Shown: piece by piece, positions 10,870-20,424 of the stretch | Layout: the number at the start of each line of letters is the position of its first letter | How positions within the stretch are numbered: the first letter of the stretch is position 1 | Assembly: GCA_002390675.1 (NCBI GenBank) | Contig: DGPZ01000089.1 | Location: forward strand, 1 to 59,940 | Origin: Deltaproteobacteria bacterium UBA4427 | GTDB taxonomy: Bacteria; Myxococcota_A; UBA9160; UBA4427 | DNA length: 59,940 nucleotides | Direction of reading: 5' to 3' | Program-made: the position numbers and the translations under genes | Notes under the pieces: generated by a model | The model's database searches: none | Told to the model about the DNA's origin: nothing | The model's input: the letters and a program-made list of their open reading frames with translations, nothing else

Positions 10870-11018
10870 GCTCTGCGGACCGGGCATCGTTATTTATTTA
10901 GCCGTTCTCAATCTTGGACAACCCAGAGAATTTTGATCGTCGCGCGGGCTTCTCCCTTAAAACGTTGAGCTCAACCGGTTGTCGTCCTCAAGTTCAACGC
11001 AATCGGGACAGTAGATCG

Positions 11019-11390
11019 CTAGTTCAAAGCGATCATAACGGTCGCGGCGACGCGCTGGTCCGCATCAAACCCGCTAGCTTTGAAAAGCTGCACCAGATCC
11101 GCGTAGGTTTAAAGCATTATGGGGCTCATGCACCCGCTCAGCGCTCTTGCCGGGACCGCACCGGGAGCACGAATAAAATGGGCGCGCACAATCCGTATCC
11201 ATGATTCGACGACCGCGTCTCAAGGCGCGTGCTGAGGAATCGGTGGAGAGATGCCTGCTATTACGGCTTCGAGGATACGATCCATCAGCGCGGATCGGCT
11301 CTCTGGCCGTCGCGGTAATGATCTGCGCCCGATGCAGGCGAGGCGTGAGCCCTCTGCACATGGACGCTCTGCGCAATCGCTCAGCCATTA
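11019..11390 (-). pseudogene. Decayed TetR/AcrR-family regulator
   Basis: Frame 11303->11019 reads ESRSALMDRILEAVIAGISPPIPQHAP*DAVVESWIRIVRAHFIRAPG...ML*TYADLVQLFKASGFD, colinear with in-window TetR 48104 (ENKSELVEHV...GVELP...GPW); two in-frame stops. Confidence 0.5.
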
Positions 11391-11600
11391 CTCTTGGTCC
11401 GCCTCGAATCCGATTTGAGGCATGGTAGAGAGATCTTCGATGATTAATAGTGTATTGAGTCCGCAGTCAGGATTATTTGGACAACGCGGCAATGAAGATA
11501 GAATCCGCCGGCAATTTATCGCTTGGGGTCGAGGCTCGGCCCGTTCGAGGGCCCGCCGAGTCGCTCGCCAGATAAAAACCGAGAAACATAAGGATCAAAA

Positions 11601-12710
11601 ATGAAGACCCGTGCAGCAGTCGCTTTTGAACCCAAGAAGCCACTCGAAATCGTAGAACTCGACCTCGAAGGACCGAAGGCCGGTGAGGTACTCGTCGAGA
11701 TTATGGCGACAGGCATTTGTCATACGGATGCGTACACCCTTGATGGCTTTGATAGTGAAGGGCTCTTTCCTTCGGTGCTTGGGCACGAAGGTGCGGGGAT
11801 CGTTCGCGAAGTCGGCACAGGCGTGACGACTGTTGCGCCGGGTGATCATGTGATTCCGCTTTACACGCCCGAGTGTCGACAATGCAAGAGCTGCGTCTCG
11901 GGTAAGACGAATCTCTGCACGGCGATCCGCGCGACCCAAGGCGCTGGCCTAATGCCAGACGGCACTTCGCGTTTCTCCTACAAGGGCGAAACAATTTATC
12001 ACTATATGGGTTGCTCGACGTTTTCGAACTTCACGGTTCTGCCGGAAATCGCGATCGCGAAAATCCGCGAAGACGCGCCCTTCGATAAGTCTTGTTACAT
12101 CGGATGCGGAGTGACGACGGGCGTCGGGGCGGTGACGAATACGGCCAAGGTGCAAGCGGGGGACAACGTTGTGGTCTTCGGCCTGGGCGGAATCGGGTTG
12201 AATGTCCTGCAGGGGGCACGCATGGTCGGCGCTAGCAAGATCATCGGCGTCGATGTGAACGGCGATAAAGAAGAGTGGGGACGCAAGTTCGGCATGACCG
12301 ACTTCGTGAACCCAAAAAATTTGAGCGGCGATGTCGTCGATGAGCTGGTTAAGCTTACGGACGGCGGGGCGGACTTCACTTTCGATTGCACAGGCAATAC
12401 AGACGTGATGCGCCAAGCGCTCGAAGCATGTCATAGGGGCTGGGGCGTCTCCGTCATTATTGGCGTCGCTGAAGCTGGCAAAGAGATCGCAACCCGACCG
12501 TTTCAGCTCGTGACGGGCCGAGTCTGGAAGGGGACAGCGTTCGGTGGCGCGAAGGGCCGAACCGATGTTCCCAAGATCGTCGACTGGTACATGAACGGGA
12601 AGATCGAGATTGATTCAATGATCACGCACACGTTAGGTATTGAGGATATCAACAAGGGCTTCGAGTTGATGCACGAGGGCAAGTCGATTCGTTCGGTAGT
12701 GGTCTACTAA
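11601..12710 (+). CDS. frmA: S-(hydroxymethyl)glutathione dehydrogenase / class III alcohol dehydrogenase
   Basis: GICHTD, LGHEGAG, structural Zn CRQCKSC...[22 protein letters not shown]. Confidence 0.95.
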   Translation: MKTRAAVAFEPKKPLEIVELDLEGPKAGEVLVEIMATGICHTDAYTLDGFDSEGLFPSVLGHEGAGIVREVGTGVTTVAPGDHVIPLYTPECRQCKSCVSGKTNLCTAIRATQGAGLMPDGTSRFSYKGETIYHYMGCSTFSNFTVLPEIAIAKIREDAPFDKSCYIGCGVTTGVGAVTNTAKVQAGDNVVVFGLGGIGLNVLQGARMVGASKIIGVDVNGDKEEWGRKFGMTDFVNPKNLSGDVVDELVKLTDGGADFTFDCTGNTDVMRQALEACHRGWGVSVIIGVAEAGKEIATRPFQLVTGRVWKGTAFGGAKGRTDVPKIVDWYMNGKIEIDSMITHTLGIEDINKGFELMHEGKSIRSVVVY

Positions 12711-12995
12711 GCCGCTCTTCCCGGCGTTTTAGGGATACAGGACGAGTCAGCCACGATGGGGTTGTCTCGACGAATCGCATAACGCCTTCCTGCGCTGTGG
12801 TCGTGACGCATGTCGCACCTGCTGGGTAGATCCCGCCGACCACAAGGCCGCGCTCATGTCCTGCGACGGCATCCGCACCTTTATGGGACATGGCCGCGGC
12901 GGTACGGGCTGCGGGGCCCTGTGCGATCGGAGACTGATTTAGGTCGGGGGGCTGAGCTACACTTTGCTAACTCGACGAAAAATCAGGAGTTTCGC

Positions 12996-14021
12996 ATGAA
13001 TGAGCCTATTACTCGGGCCAAAGACCTCGCCTACGTCCGCATGCAGGCGCCGGATCTCGAAGTTGGCGAAAAGTTCATCGAGGATTTTGGGCTGATCATT
13101 AGCGACCGCACCCCGGACACGATCTATGCGCGCGGTACGGACACGGCGCATCATATCTACATCCTTCACAAGGGCGAGCCCGGTTTCCGAAATTTGGCTT
13201 TCCATATGCACAGCCTCGATGACCTTGAGAAGCTTCATGAAAAAGCGGGCGCTACGCCTGTCGAAAGGCTTGATGAGCCCGGCGGTGGCTATGCGGTACG
13301 ACTAACCGACCCGCATGGGTTTATAGTCGAGGCGATTTTTGGGATGGAAGAACTCGATCCGATTGATCCCGGCGTGGCGATCCCGCTGAACATTGACGGC
13401 CAGCGCAACCGAGTCGGAAGATTCGCTGATATCAAGCGCGGTGCCTCGACAGTGAGGCGAATCGGGCACGCGGTTCTAGAGTCGACGCGAATCGAAGAGG
13501 CCTACCTCTGGTACTGGAAGCATTTCGGAATTCTTAGAACCGACAAAGTCGTCCAGCCTTCAGGCGCCGATGCCATGCAATTTGCTCGGCTCGACAAGGG
13601 CCTCGAGTACACCGATCACCACACGATCGGATTCCAGCTTTGTATCGATGGCACGGAACGACTTCAGCACGTTTCCTTTGAAGTGCAGAATTTCGATGAC
13701 GTGATGATCGGCCACGATCACCTGCACACGGACAAGGCCTACAAGCCCGTATGGGGCGTCGGTCGTCATCGCCTAGGCGGGCAGATCTATGATTACTGGA
13801 AGGATCCGTGGGGCCGCATTCATGAGCACTGGGCGGACTCGGATCTGCTCAACACGGAATATGAAGCCACCGTGCAGGCTATCGATGGCGGGCGTGACTA
13901 TTGGGGCGACCAGCAGAATCCGCCCGTTAAGTATGCGATTCAAAAATGGAACCTAACGACCGTGTCGAATATTGCACAGATGGTCTCGGGCGCCCTCCGA
14001 GCGAAAGTACTCAAGAGATAG
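12996..14021 (+). CDS. Two-domain VOC extradiol-dioxygenase-like protein (BphC5/THT-oxygenase-like)
   Basis: IGHAVL, DHHT, QHVSFE, WGVGRHRLGGQIYDYWKDPWG; CAGGAG RBS. Confidence 0.8.
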   Translation: MNEPITRAKDLAYVRMQAPDLEVGEKFIEDFGLIISDRTPDTIYARGTDTAHHIYILHKGEPGFRNLAFHMHSLDDLEKLHEKAGATPVERLDEPGGGYAVRLTDPHGFIVEAIFGMEELDPIDPGVAIPLNIDGQRNRVGRFADIKRGASTVRRIGHAVLESTRIEEAYLWYWKHFGILRTDKVVQPSGADAMQFARLDKGLEYTDHHTIGFQLCIDGTERLQHVSFEVQNFDDVMIGHDHLHTDKAYKPVWGVGRHRLGGQIYDYWKDPWGRIHEHWADSDLLNTEYEATVQAIDGGRDYWGDQQNPPVKYAIQKWNLTTVSNIAQMVSGALRAKVLKR

Positions 14022-14107
14022 GTGCCCCGAAGATTTACCAAGGGTTGCTCTAGCAAGAGTTCTCAATCCCTGTAGCGCCCCTAGCGACAACCACGTGGAG
14101 AGCCCAA

Positions 14108-14803
14108 TTGTCTGAGACGGAACGTTTCATGCGTATGCGCGAGAAAATACTTGTCGCTGCCCGGACTAACTTCTTCGAGCATGGCTTTGAAGAAGCGAGC
14201 ATGGATGAAATCGCACGGCTCGCCGAAGTCGCAAAAGGCTCGATTTATCGGCACTACCCGAGTAAGGGAGCGCTCTACATGTCCGTTCTTGCGGAGAACG
14301 GCCGAGAGTTTTTTCAAGGAGCGAAGCGGTTCGTCGGAGATACACACGACCTCTCTACACCTGACCGTTTGCGCAAGTTGTGGTCGGTTTACCTGAAGCA
14401 CTGGATGAAGCATCCTGACGCGTTCGGGATCTTCTGGGCGTTCGATAACGCCGAGATTCTGGGAGAGCTTCCTGAAGGCCTTACGGACAATATTGCGGAA
14501 AACTGGAAGCGCGGCCTCGAAGTGACCCAGCGTGTGTTGGATGAGGGCGTGCTGCGCGGTGAGATTCTGCCGATCGATACATGGAAGGCGGCTCAAGCCT
14601 TCTGGACTATGGCAAATGGTATCATCGAGCACGATGAGAATATTCGCCGCAGAAAGATCCGCGGCAGGCCATTTCACGAGACCTACAATTTTTCGATCGA
14701 GATGTTGCTTCGTGGCATCTTGGTCAACCCGGATGATTCTTTGCTCATGCAGAGCGATTCGGGCGAAGCACCCGCGCCAGTGCTGGACGAAACGCCTTCC
14801 TAG
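14108..14803 (+). CDS. TetR/AcrR family transcriptional regulator
   Basis: GFEEASMDEIARLAEVAKGSIYRHYPSK HTH. Confidence 0.9.
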   Translation: MSETERFMRMREKILVAARTNFFEHGFEEASMDEIARLAEVAKGSIYRHYPSKGALYMSVLAENGREFFQGAKRFVGDTHDLSTPDRLRKLWSVYLKHWMKHPDAFGIFWAFDNAEILGELPEGLTDNIAENWKRGLEVTQRVLDEGVLRGEILPIDTWKAAQAFWTMANGIIEHDENIRRRKIRGRPFHETYNFSIEMLLRGILVNPDDSLLMQSDSGEAPAPVLDETPS

Positions 14804-14816
14804 CACCTTCCTAGCA
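14795..14816. repeat. 11-bp tandem duplication (CCTTCCTAGCA)x2 spanning the TetR stop codon
   Basis: Read directly from the sequence. Confidence 0.7.
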
Positions 14817-14927
14817 CGTCGATCGGGTGGCTAAGAACCGGGGGATGGGCCCTCGATGCTCGTCTGCCGTAGAAGCCTTCGGCGAACTCATAACCAGCGC
14901 GACTCACCGCCGCGTTAGGAGGATCGA

Positions 14928-15473
14928 ATGGATATCTCTTGGTCTCATGCTGTGGTTCGTGCCCGTGACGTGAACGCTATGGCTTTGTTCTACGAAGATC
15001 TACTCGGCTTTAAGGTGGCGGATCGCGGTTCGCTGGGGCCGCCTGGCGGCGGTGGACCGGAGATTATCTTCATGAGCGGTCGCTCAAGTGATCACCACCA
15101 GATCGCGTTCGTCGCGACTCGAGGGCCGGAGGATGCGTCGAGCCTAGAGCACGTCGCTTTCAGAGTTCCTTCCGTCGCCGACGTGCAGGAGATGGTTGAG
15201 CGACTTGATGCCGATGACCGCGTGGCAAATCATGCGGCAGTCACTCACGGCAACGCGGTATCGGTCTACTTCTCCGACCCCGAAGGCAACGGCGTGGAAG
15301 TGTTTTGCGACAGCCCCTGGCACGTAAAGCAGCCGCAGATTCAAGGATGGGACCCGACGAAGACTCCTGAAGAAGTTCTGGCCCACGTAGAAGAATCCTT
15401 CCGCGGGAAGCCTGAATTCGGTCCTATGGATGACTATCGGGCTAAGAAGGCAAAGGAATTCGGAGAAGAATAG
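14928..15473 (+). CDS. VOC/glyoxalase family protein
   Basis: SHAVV, DHHQIAF, EHVAF, HGNAVSVYFSDPEGNGVE; AGGAGG RBS. Confidence 0.85.
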   Translation: MDISWSHAVVRARDVNAMALFYEDLLGFKVADRGSLGPPGGGGPEIIFMSGRSSDHHQIAFVATRGPEDASSLEHVAFRVPSVADVQEMVERLDADDRVANHAAVTHGNAVSVYFSDPEGNGVEVFCDSPWHVKQPQIQGWDPTKTPEEVLAHVEESFRGKPEFGPMDDYRAKKAKEFGEE

Positions 15474-15512
15474 CCGCCCCTTCGATCTTGCTAGGCCGCC
15501 GTCGCACAGGCA

Positions 15513-15896
15513 TTAATTAGGCGCGGTTCGCGTAAAGAGCATGATCGAGATCACGGAATACGTGCCCTCGAAAACAAGGACGCCGTTCGTGTATTCGGAT
15601 GCGCTGCCGTCGATCAGGAAGCCGGCAACCCGAACGAGAAATAGGCCGCTCGTCAGGAACGCAAGTGCGAGCACAGCGGATCGCGCGAGGTCTGCGCGTG
15701 CCAACGCAGCGGCACACATCATTCCGATCGATGCCTGTAACCCGCCGTACATGGCACGAATTTCCGTGGTTCCTGTGGGCGTGGTGGCCATGACTCCTGC
15801 GGCGCCCTCGAGGTACTCGGGAGTAAACGCGCAATAGAGCCCGTAGGGCAGCCAAATCAGCACAGAGATGGCCAGGTAGATCTTCGTTGTTGTCAT
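15513..15896 (-). CDS. DUF4345 family membrane protein
   Basis: Four hydrophobic helices, EIRAMYGG motif; AGGAGG RBS before the ATG at 15896. Confidence 0.75.
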   Translation of the reverse strand: MTTTKIYLAISVLIWLPYGLYCAFTPEYLEGAAGVMATTPTGTTEIRAMYGGLQASIGMMCAAALARADLARSAVLALAFLTSGLFLVRVAGFLIDGSASEYTNGVLVFEGTYSVISIMLFTRTAPN

Positions 15897-16080
15897 GGAA
15901 CGCCTCCTTAGCGTCGAGTGCGGCGAGCGAGATGAGTTTGGGCCGAGTTGTCGAACATACCAAGATTCATCTCTGAATTTCAGCAGGTGTATTGCGATTG
16001 AGACCATTCGAGTGGCTATCGTGAGTGACTCGATCTTGACGCATTTAGTCGAGGACTCCCGATTATTGTGAGGCTGACTT

Positions 16081-18258
16081 GTGACCCGTTTTCTAGTTCT
16101 TTTCGCGCTGTTGATTACGCAGATGAGTGTTCCCATTGCTAGAGCTGAAACGGCAGGAGCGCCCGTGTCAGGAGACGTGTCCGACGCGCGTCTTCGATCA
16201 GTCAAAGCGAGCGGAGAGGACGCCAATTGGCTCGCGCACGGTCGTGGCTATGCGGAGCGGCGATATAGTCCCCTCGACGAGATTGATAATGGCAATGTCG
16301 CTGAACTCGGTCTCGCTTGGAGTTTTGACGTCGGCAACCGCTTCGTAATGCAGACGACGCCGCTCGCGATTGACGGCGTCTTGTATTTCACCGCGGCCTG
16401 GAGCGTCGTTCACGCGCTTGACGCCAAAACAGGCGAAGAACTTTGGCGCTTCGACCCACAGGTCCCGCGCGAAGAGAGCTACCGCTATTGCTGTGGTTTT
16501 TCGAATCGCGGCGTGGCCGCCTATCAGGGGAGTCTCTTCCTTGGGACACTCGACGGTCGTTTAATCGCAATTGACGCTGCTAGTGGAGACGTTCTGTGGT
16601 CTCAGAAGAGTGTGCCTGCCGACGGCAGCTATTCCAGCCAAGGGGCCCCTCGAATCGCGAAGGGCCTTGTGATCATAGGAGCCGGCGGCGCGGAGTTCAC
16701 AGGCACACGCGGATTCGTGGCTGCCTATCATCCGGATACCGGCGAGAAAGCCTGGCACTTCTGGACGGTCCCTGGAAATCCTGCCGAGGGCTTCGAGAAC
16801 GAACTCATGGAGCGCGCCGCTAAGACTTGGACCGGTGACTGGTGGGAGCTAGGCGGCGGCGGGACCGTTTGGGATTCGGTCGCATACGACCCCGAGCTTG
16901 ATCTCCTCTATATAGGCGTCGGGAATGGCTCCCCGCATAATCGGCGAATCCGCAGTCCCGAAGGGGGCGACAATCTCTTTCTCTGTTCAATCATCGCGCT
17001 CAGGCCTGAGACCGGCGAATACGTTTGGCACCATCAACAGGTGCCCGCCGAGACATGGGACTACACCGCGACCCAGCACATGATCCTGGCCGAGATCGAA
17101 TGGGACGGCTCGCAGCGGAAGGTGTTGATGCAGGCGCCTAAGGCAGGCTTTTTTTATATCTACGATCGGGAGACAGGTGAACTGCTCTCTGCGGAGAAAT
17201 ATGGGCGCCAGGTGACGTGGGCCAGTCACTATGACATGCAGACGGGACGACCTGTAGAGGTGGCCGGGCAGGATTTCGCAGAAGAGCCGGCGACGGTATT
17301 CCCGAGTGGCTTAGGTGCGCATAACTGGCAACCTATGTCGTACAGCCCGCGAACTGGATTGGTTTATATCCCGGCAATGGATATGGGCGCGCCCATGAGC
17401 GACGAGCCGGTCTTCCGTGCTTCTAGGCGGGTCTTCAGCACAGGCAATGAATCGGACGGCGCGATCCATAACGCGCAACTCGTTCAAACGATGCTGCCCG
17501 AGGTGATGAACGGGTATTTACTTGCCTGGGATCCGCGGGAGCAGAAGTCGGTCTGGGAAGTGGATCAGGGGGCAATGGGCAACGGTGGGACACTCGTTAC
17601 GGCGGGGGACCTCGTCTTTCAAGGCATGATCGACGGAGGCTTCACAGCCTTTGACGCGCGTGATGGCACCGAACGATTTCGGTTCGAGACGCAGAATGGG
17701 ATCATGGGCAGTCCGATTAGTTATGCGGTCGATGGCGAACAGTATGTCGCAGTTGCAGCAGCGCGTGGGGGAGGGCTCAGTGCAGTGCTCGGTCGCCAAT
17801 TTGATCGCACCAATACGCCCACGTCAGGACGCCTGTTAACTTTTCGGATAGGTGGGCATGCAAAGCTCCCAATGCCCATGGAAAAACAGAAGGTCCAGAA
17901 ACCGCCGGCGATGCCAGACGTCGATGCTGAGATTTTGGCGCGAGGGAGTCGGCTCTACTCTGAACTCTGCGCTCGCTGTCACGGGACGGGCGTTGTGGCT
18001 TCAGGAGGAATCCCCGACCTGCGCCACATGAGCCCCGGGACGCATTCGCGATTCGGGAACATTGTGGTCGGAGGAGCGTATGTTTCGATCGGGATGCCGG
18101 ATTTTCAAGAAGAACTGGCGGACCCCGCGGATCTGGCGGCCCTTCACGCGTATGTGATTGAGCAGGCTCATGAGGATGAGGCACTTCGCAATGGCAATCC
18201 GGTTTGGCGCGCCATCAAACAGGCGGCTTACTCGACCTTGGCTTGGATCCTGTTCTAA
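16081..18258 (+). CDS. PQQ-dependent quinohaemoprotein alcohol dehydrogenase (type II-like)
   Basis: Signal peptide, RYSPLDEI, vicinal [29 protein letters not shown]-terminal CARCH haem c. Confidence 0.9.
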   Translation: MTRFLVLFALLITQMSVPIARAETAGAPVSGDVSDARLRSVKASGEDANWLAHGRGYAERRYSPLDEIDNGNVAELGLAWSFDVGNRFVMQTTPLAIDGVLYFTAAWSVVHALDAKTGEELWRFDPQVPREESYRYCCGFSNRGVAAYQGSLFLGTLDGRLIAIDAASGDVLWSQKSVPADGSYSSQGAPRIAKGLVIIGAGGAEFTGTRGFVAAYHPDTGEKAWHFWTVPGNPAEGFENELMERAAKTWTGDWWELGGGGTVWDSVAYDPELDLLYIGVGNGSPHNRRIRSPEGGDNLFLCSIIALRPETGEYVWHHQQVPAETWDYTATQHMILAEIEWDGSQRKVLMQAPKAGFFYIYDRETGELLSAEKYGRQVTWASHYDMQTGRPVEVAGQDFAEEPATVFPSGLGAHNWQPMSYSPRTGLVYIPAMDMGAPMSDEPVFRASRRVFSTGNESDGAIHNAQLVQTMLPEVMNGYLLAWDPREQKSVWEVDQGAMGNGGTLVTAGDLVFQGMIDGGFTAFDARDGTERFRFETQNGIMGSPISYAVDGEQYVAVAAARGGGLSAVLGRQFDRTNTPTSGRLLTFRIGGHAKLPMPMEKQKVQKPPAMPDVDAEILARGSRLYSELCARCHGTGVVASGGIPDLRHMSPGTHSRFGNIVVGGAYVSIGMPDFQEELADPADLAALHAYVIEQAHEDEALRNGNPVWRAIKQAAYSTLAWILF

Positions 18259-18485
18259 GCAAAGGGACCGAATCGATGAAGCGATGCGCGATTAATCAGG
18301 CGTCGGTTCCATGCAAGTGGAATCACCGAATCGAGAGCCGTGTGCGGCCCGGGGATGGCGCAAACGATCATGGGAATATCGTTGATCACTCGCGCTGCGG
18401 TGATTTTGAACCAATTCGCCTTGTCCATGTTGCCAATATCAATTTTGAATTCAATATTAGGGTGGGTTGGTCAGTAACCACCTGT
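18255..18485 (-). pseudogene. C-terminal relic of a DapB-like NAD(P)H-dependent amine dehydrogenase family gene
   Basis: GGY*...HPNIEFKIDIG...KITAARVINDIPMIVCAIPGPHTALD resembles the family end TAxRxVNAIPxVxxAxPGxxTxLD; 5' portion absent. Confidence 0.45.
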
Positions 18486-18489
18486 CTTG

Positions 18490-18509
18490 AACTCATCACT
18501 TGATGAGTT
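18490..18509. promoter_or_regulatory. Perfect inverted repeat, candidate TetR operator
   Basis: AACTCATCA-ct-TGATGAGTT about 50 bp upstream of TetR 18559. Confidence 0.5.
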
Positions 18510-18558
18510 AGGGTTTCATCGTGCCCCGTGAACTCTACGAGCCAGGAGTAGCGCGAAA

Positions 18559-19215
18559 ATGCCCAGACCCTCGAGCCGAGAAAAGTTGCTGGATAGTGCG
18601 GAAGAGCTCTTCGCAGCACATGGCGTCGGCAGCGTTTCGATGCGAGCTATTCAGTCGGCGGCCGGACTCTCGGTGGGTTCGCTGCAATATCACTTCAAGA
18701 CGGAAGCGGAGTTAGTCGCGGCTGTGATGGAGCGGCGACTATCGCCGATGATCGAGCGGCACGAGAAGGAACTGGAAGCGGTCGCTTCAAAGGTAGATCC
18801 GTCGTCCGAAGAAGTGATCGGCGCGCTGATTCGACCGCTTGTTGAGTTGCTGGTCTCGGATCGGGACCGAGGCCACCGTTACCTGACTTTGATGCATCGT
18901 CTCCAACTCGGGCATCACACGGAGCAGGTCTTTCTCACCCGCTGGCCCGAATTCGCGAAGACCACACAGAGCCTCCTTGAACAGGTGTTGCCCCATGTGG
19001 CAGAGCCGACGCTGGCGCTTCGCTTCGATCTCGCTTGGGAAACTATGCTAGGGAGCCTCGCACGGGCGTCAGACCTTTCGCCTAGCGAGTTAGATAATCA
19101 CGTTTCAGAACTGATCGACTATTTATCCGGCGCGTTGGCCGCGCCGCAAACGAGCAAACGACCTAGTCGGGCAGGTAAACAATCGGCGCCGACGGGACCT
19201 GCGTCGGGTAAATAG
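18559..19215 (+). CDS. TetR/AcrR family transcriptional regulator
   Basis: SAEELFAAHGVGSVSMRAI...SLQYHFKT HTH; AGGAG RBS. Confidence 0.9.
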   Translation: MPRPSSREKLLDSAEELFAAHGVGSVSMRAIQSAAGLSVGSLQYHFKTEAELVAAVMERRLSPMIERHEKELEAVASKVDPSSEEVIGALIRPLVELLVSDRDRGHRYLTLMHRLQLGHHTEQVFLTRWPEFAKTTQSLLEQVLPHVAEPTLALRFDLAWETMLGSLARASDLSPSELDNHVSELIDYLSGALAAPQTSKRPSRAGKQSAPTGPASGK

Positions 19216-19225
19216 GAGCTGCAAA

Positions 19226-20353
19226 ATGAGCCAAGAACTAGATCTCGAAACCATGCGAGACCGACTCTTCGAATATCTCAGAAACGGGGGCTGCAATGCC
19301 GTCGGAGTATGTACGCAGGATGGGCTGGAGGGTGGTCCGCCATCCACCGATCTCACGCGCCAGCTCGAAGGTGCGCGCTCGGCGATTGTGATCTCCTATC
19401 CGCTTGATGAGCATATACTCGACCTCTACATGGGGAAGATCGACCACGAGCCTTATCAGAAGCATTACATTCAGACCAACAACATAGTCCAGGGCCTAAT
19501 GGGTGAAGCGAGCAATCAGCTTCGGAAATTTGGCTACGAGGCGGAAGTCGTCTACGCGGGAAATACGCCGGCGGACGGTACGAAAACAGATGTTATGCCG
19601 AGCAATGATCGTCAGAGGAAAGCGGCGGAACTGAATCCCGCCAGCGATCCATACGTGGCGATGGGCATTCTACCAGTAATTTCACAGCGAATGCTCGCAG
19701 CGGCTTCGGGCGTCGGTTTCTTCGGGATGTCAGGAAATATTCTGACAGAGAGCCACGGCGCCGCGATTGTTCTCGGCGCCTGTGTGACGAACGCAGAATT
19801 GCCGCCGACGCCGGTACTCGGACAGGAAGTGAACTACTGCGACGAGTGCAACTGGTGCGGGCAGGTGTGCCCGACGAGCTTTATGAGTGAGACGGAGTTC
19901 ACGACGGTGAAGATGGGGGAGCACGATCACCACAAGTATTCTGCGCGAGAGCACCCCATGCGCTGTGCTTCCCATATGCAGGGATTGACTGGGCTGTCGG
20001 AGAACGGGAAATTCAGTTCGTGGGGACCGGGGCGCAAACAGTTACCGGAGAACGATGACGAAATTTTCCCATCTCTTATCGAGATCGCGACGAATACGGC
20101 GAATCGCCCGGCAGTCCCCGGCGGCTTTTATGATGCTCAAAATGGGACGAAGACGAATATCATGTGCAGCGCCTGCAATCTCGTCTGCCACCCCGAAAAG
20201 AAGGTTCGTGCGAAGCGGCTCAAGATGTGGACCAAGGGCGGCGTCACTGTTCAGCACGAAGACGGTCGCGTCGAAGCCATGCCTCATGACGAGGCTCGCG
20301 CGTTCTTGGATGCTATGCCAATTGAACGTAGAGCGTTGTACGAAGACGTCTGA
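19226..20353 (+). CDS. Epoxyqueuosine reductase/reductive dehalogenase-like 2x[4Fe-4S] protein (probably cobalamin-binding)
   Basis: ARSAIVISYP, SQRMLAAASGVGFFGMSGNIL..HGAAIVLG..VT, CDECNWCGQVCP...RC...CSACNLVCHP. Confidence 0.75.
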   Translation: MSQELDLETMRDRLFEYLRNGGCNAVGVCTQDGLEGGPPSTDLTRQLEGARSAIVISYPLDEHILDLYMGKIDHEPYQKHYIQTNNIVQGLMGEASNQLRKFGYEAEVVYAGNTPADGTKTDVMPSNDRQRKAAELNPASDPYVAMGILPVISQRMLAAASGVGFFGMSGNILTESHGAAIVLGACVTNAELPPTPVLGQEVNYCDECNWCGQVCPTSFMSETEFTTVKMGEHDHHKYSAREHPMRCASHMQGLTGLSENGKFSSWGPGRKQLPENDDEIFPSLIEIATNTANRPAVPGGFYDAQNGTKTNIMCSACNLVCHPEKKVRAKRLKMWTKGGVTVQHEDGRVEAMPHDEARAFLDAMPIERRALYEDV

Positions 20354-20424
20354 GGCTTTGGCGTCCAATTCACTAGCGAGTGAACTAGCGGCACCTTTTC
20401 ACAATCAAACTTGGAGATTAAGCA

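Noticed and set aside
12733-12942. Cys-rich frame CRTC...GGTGCGALC resembling a BFD-like [2Fe-2S] domain
   Set aside because: No start codon ahead of the Cys motif and imperfect spacing; too weak without a profile search
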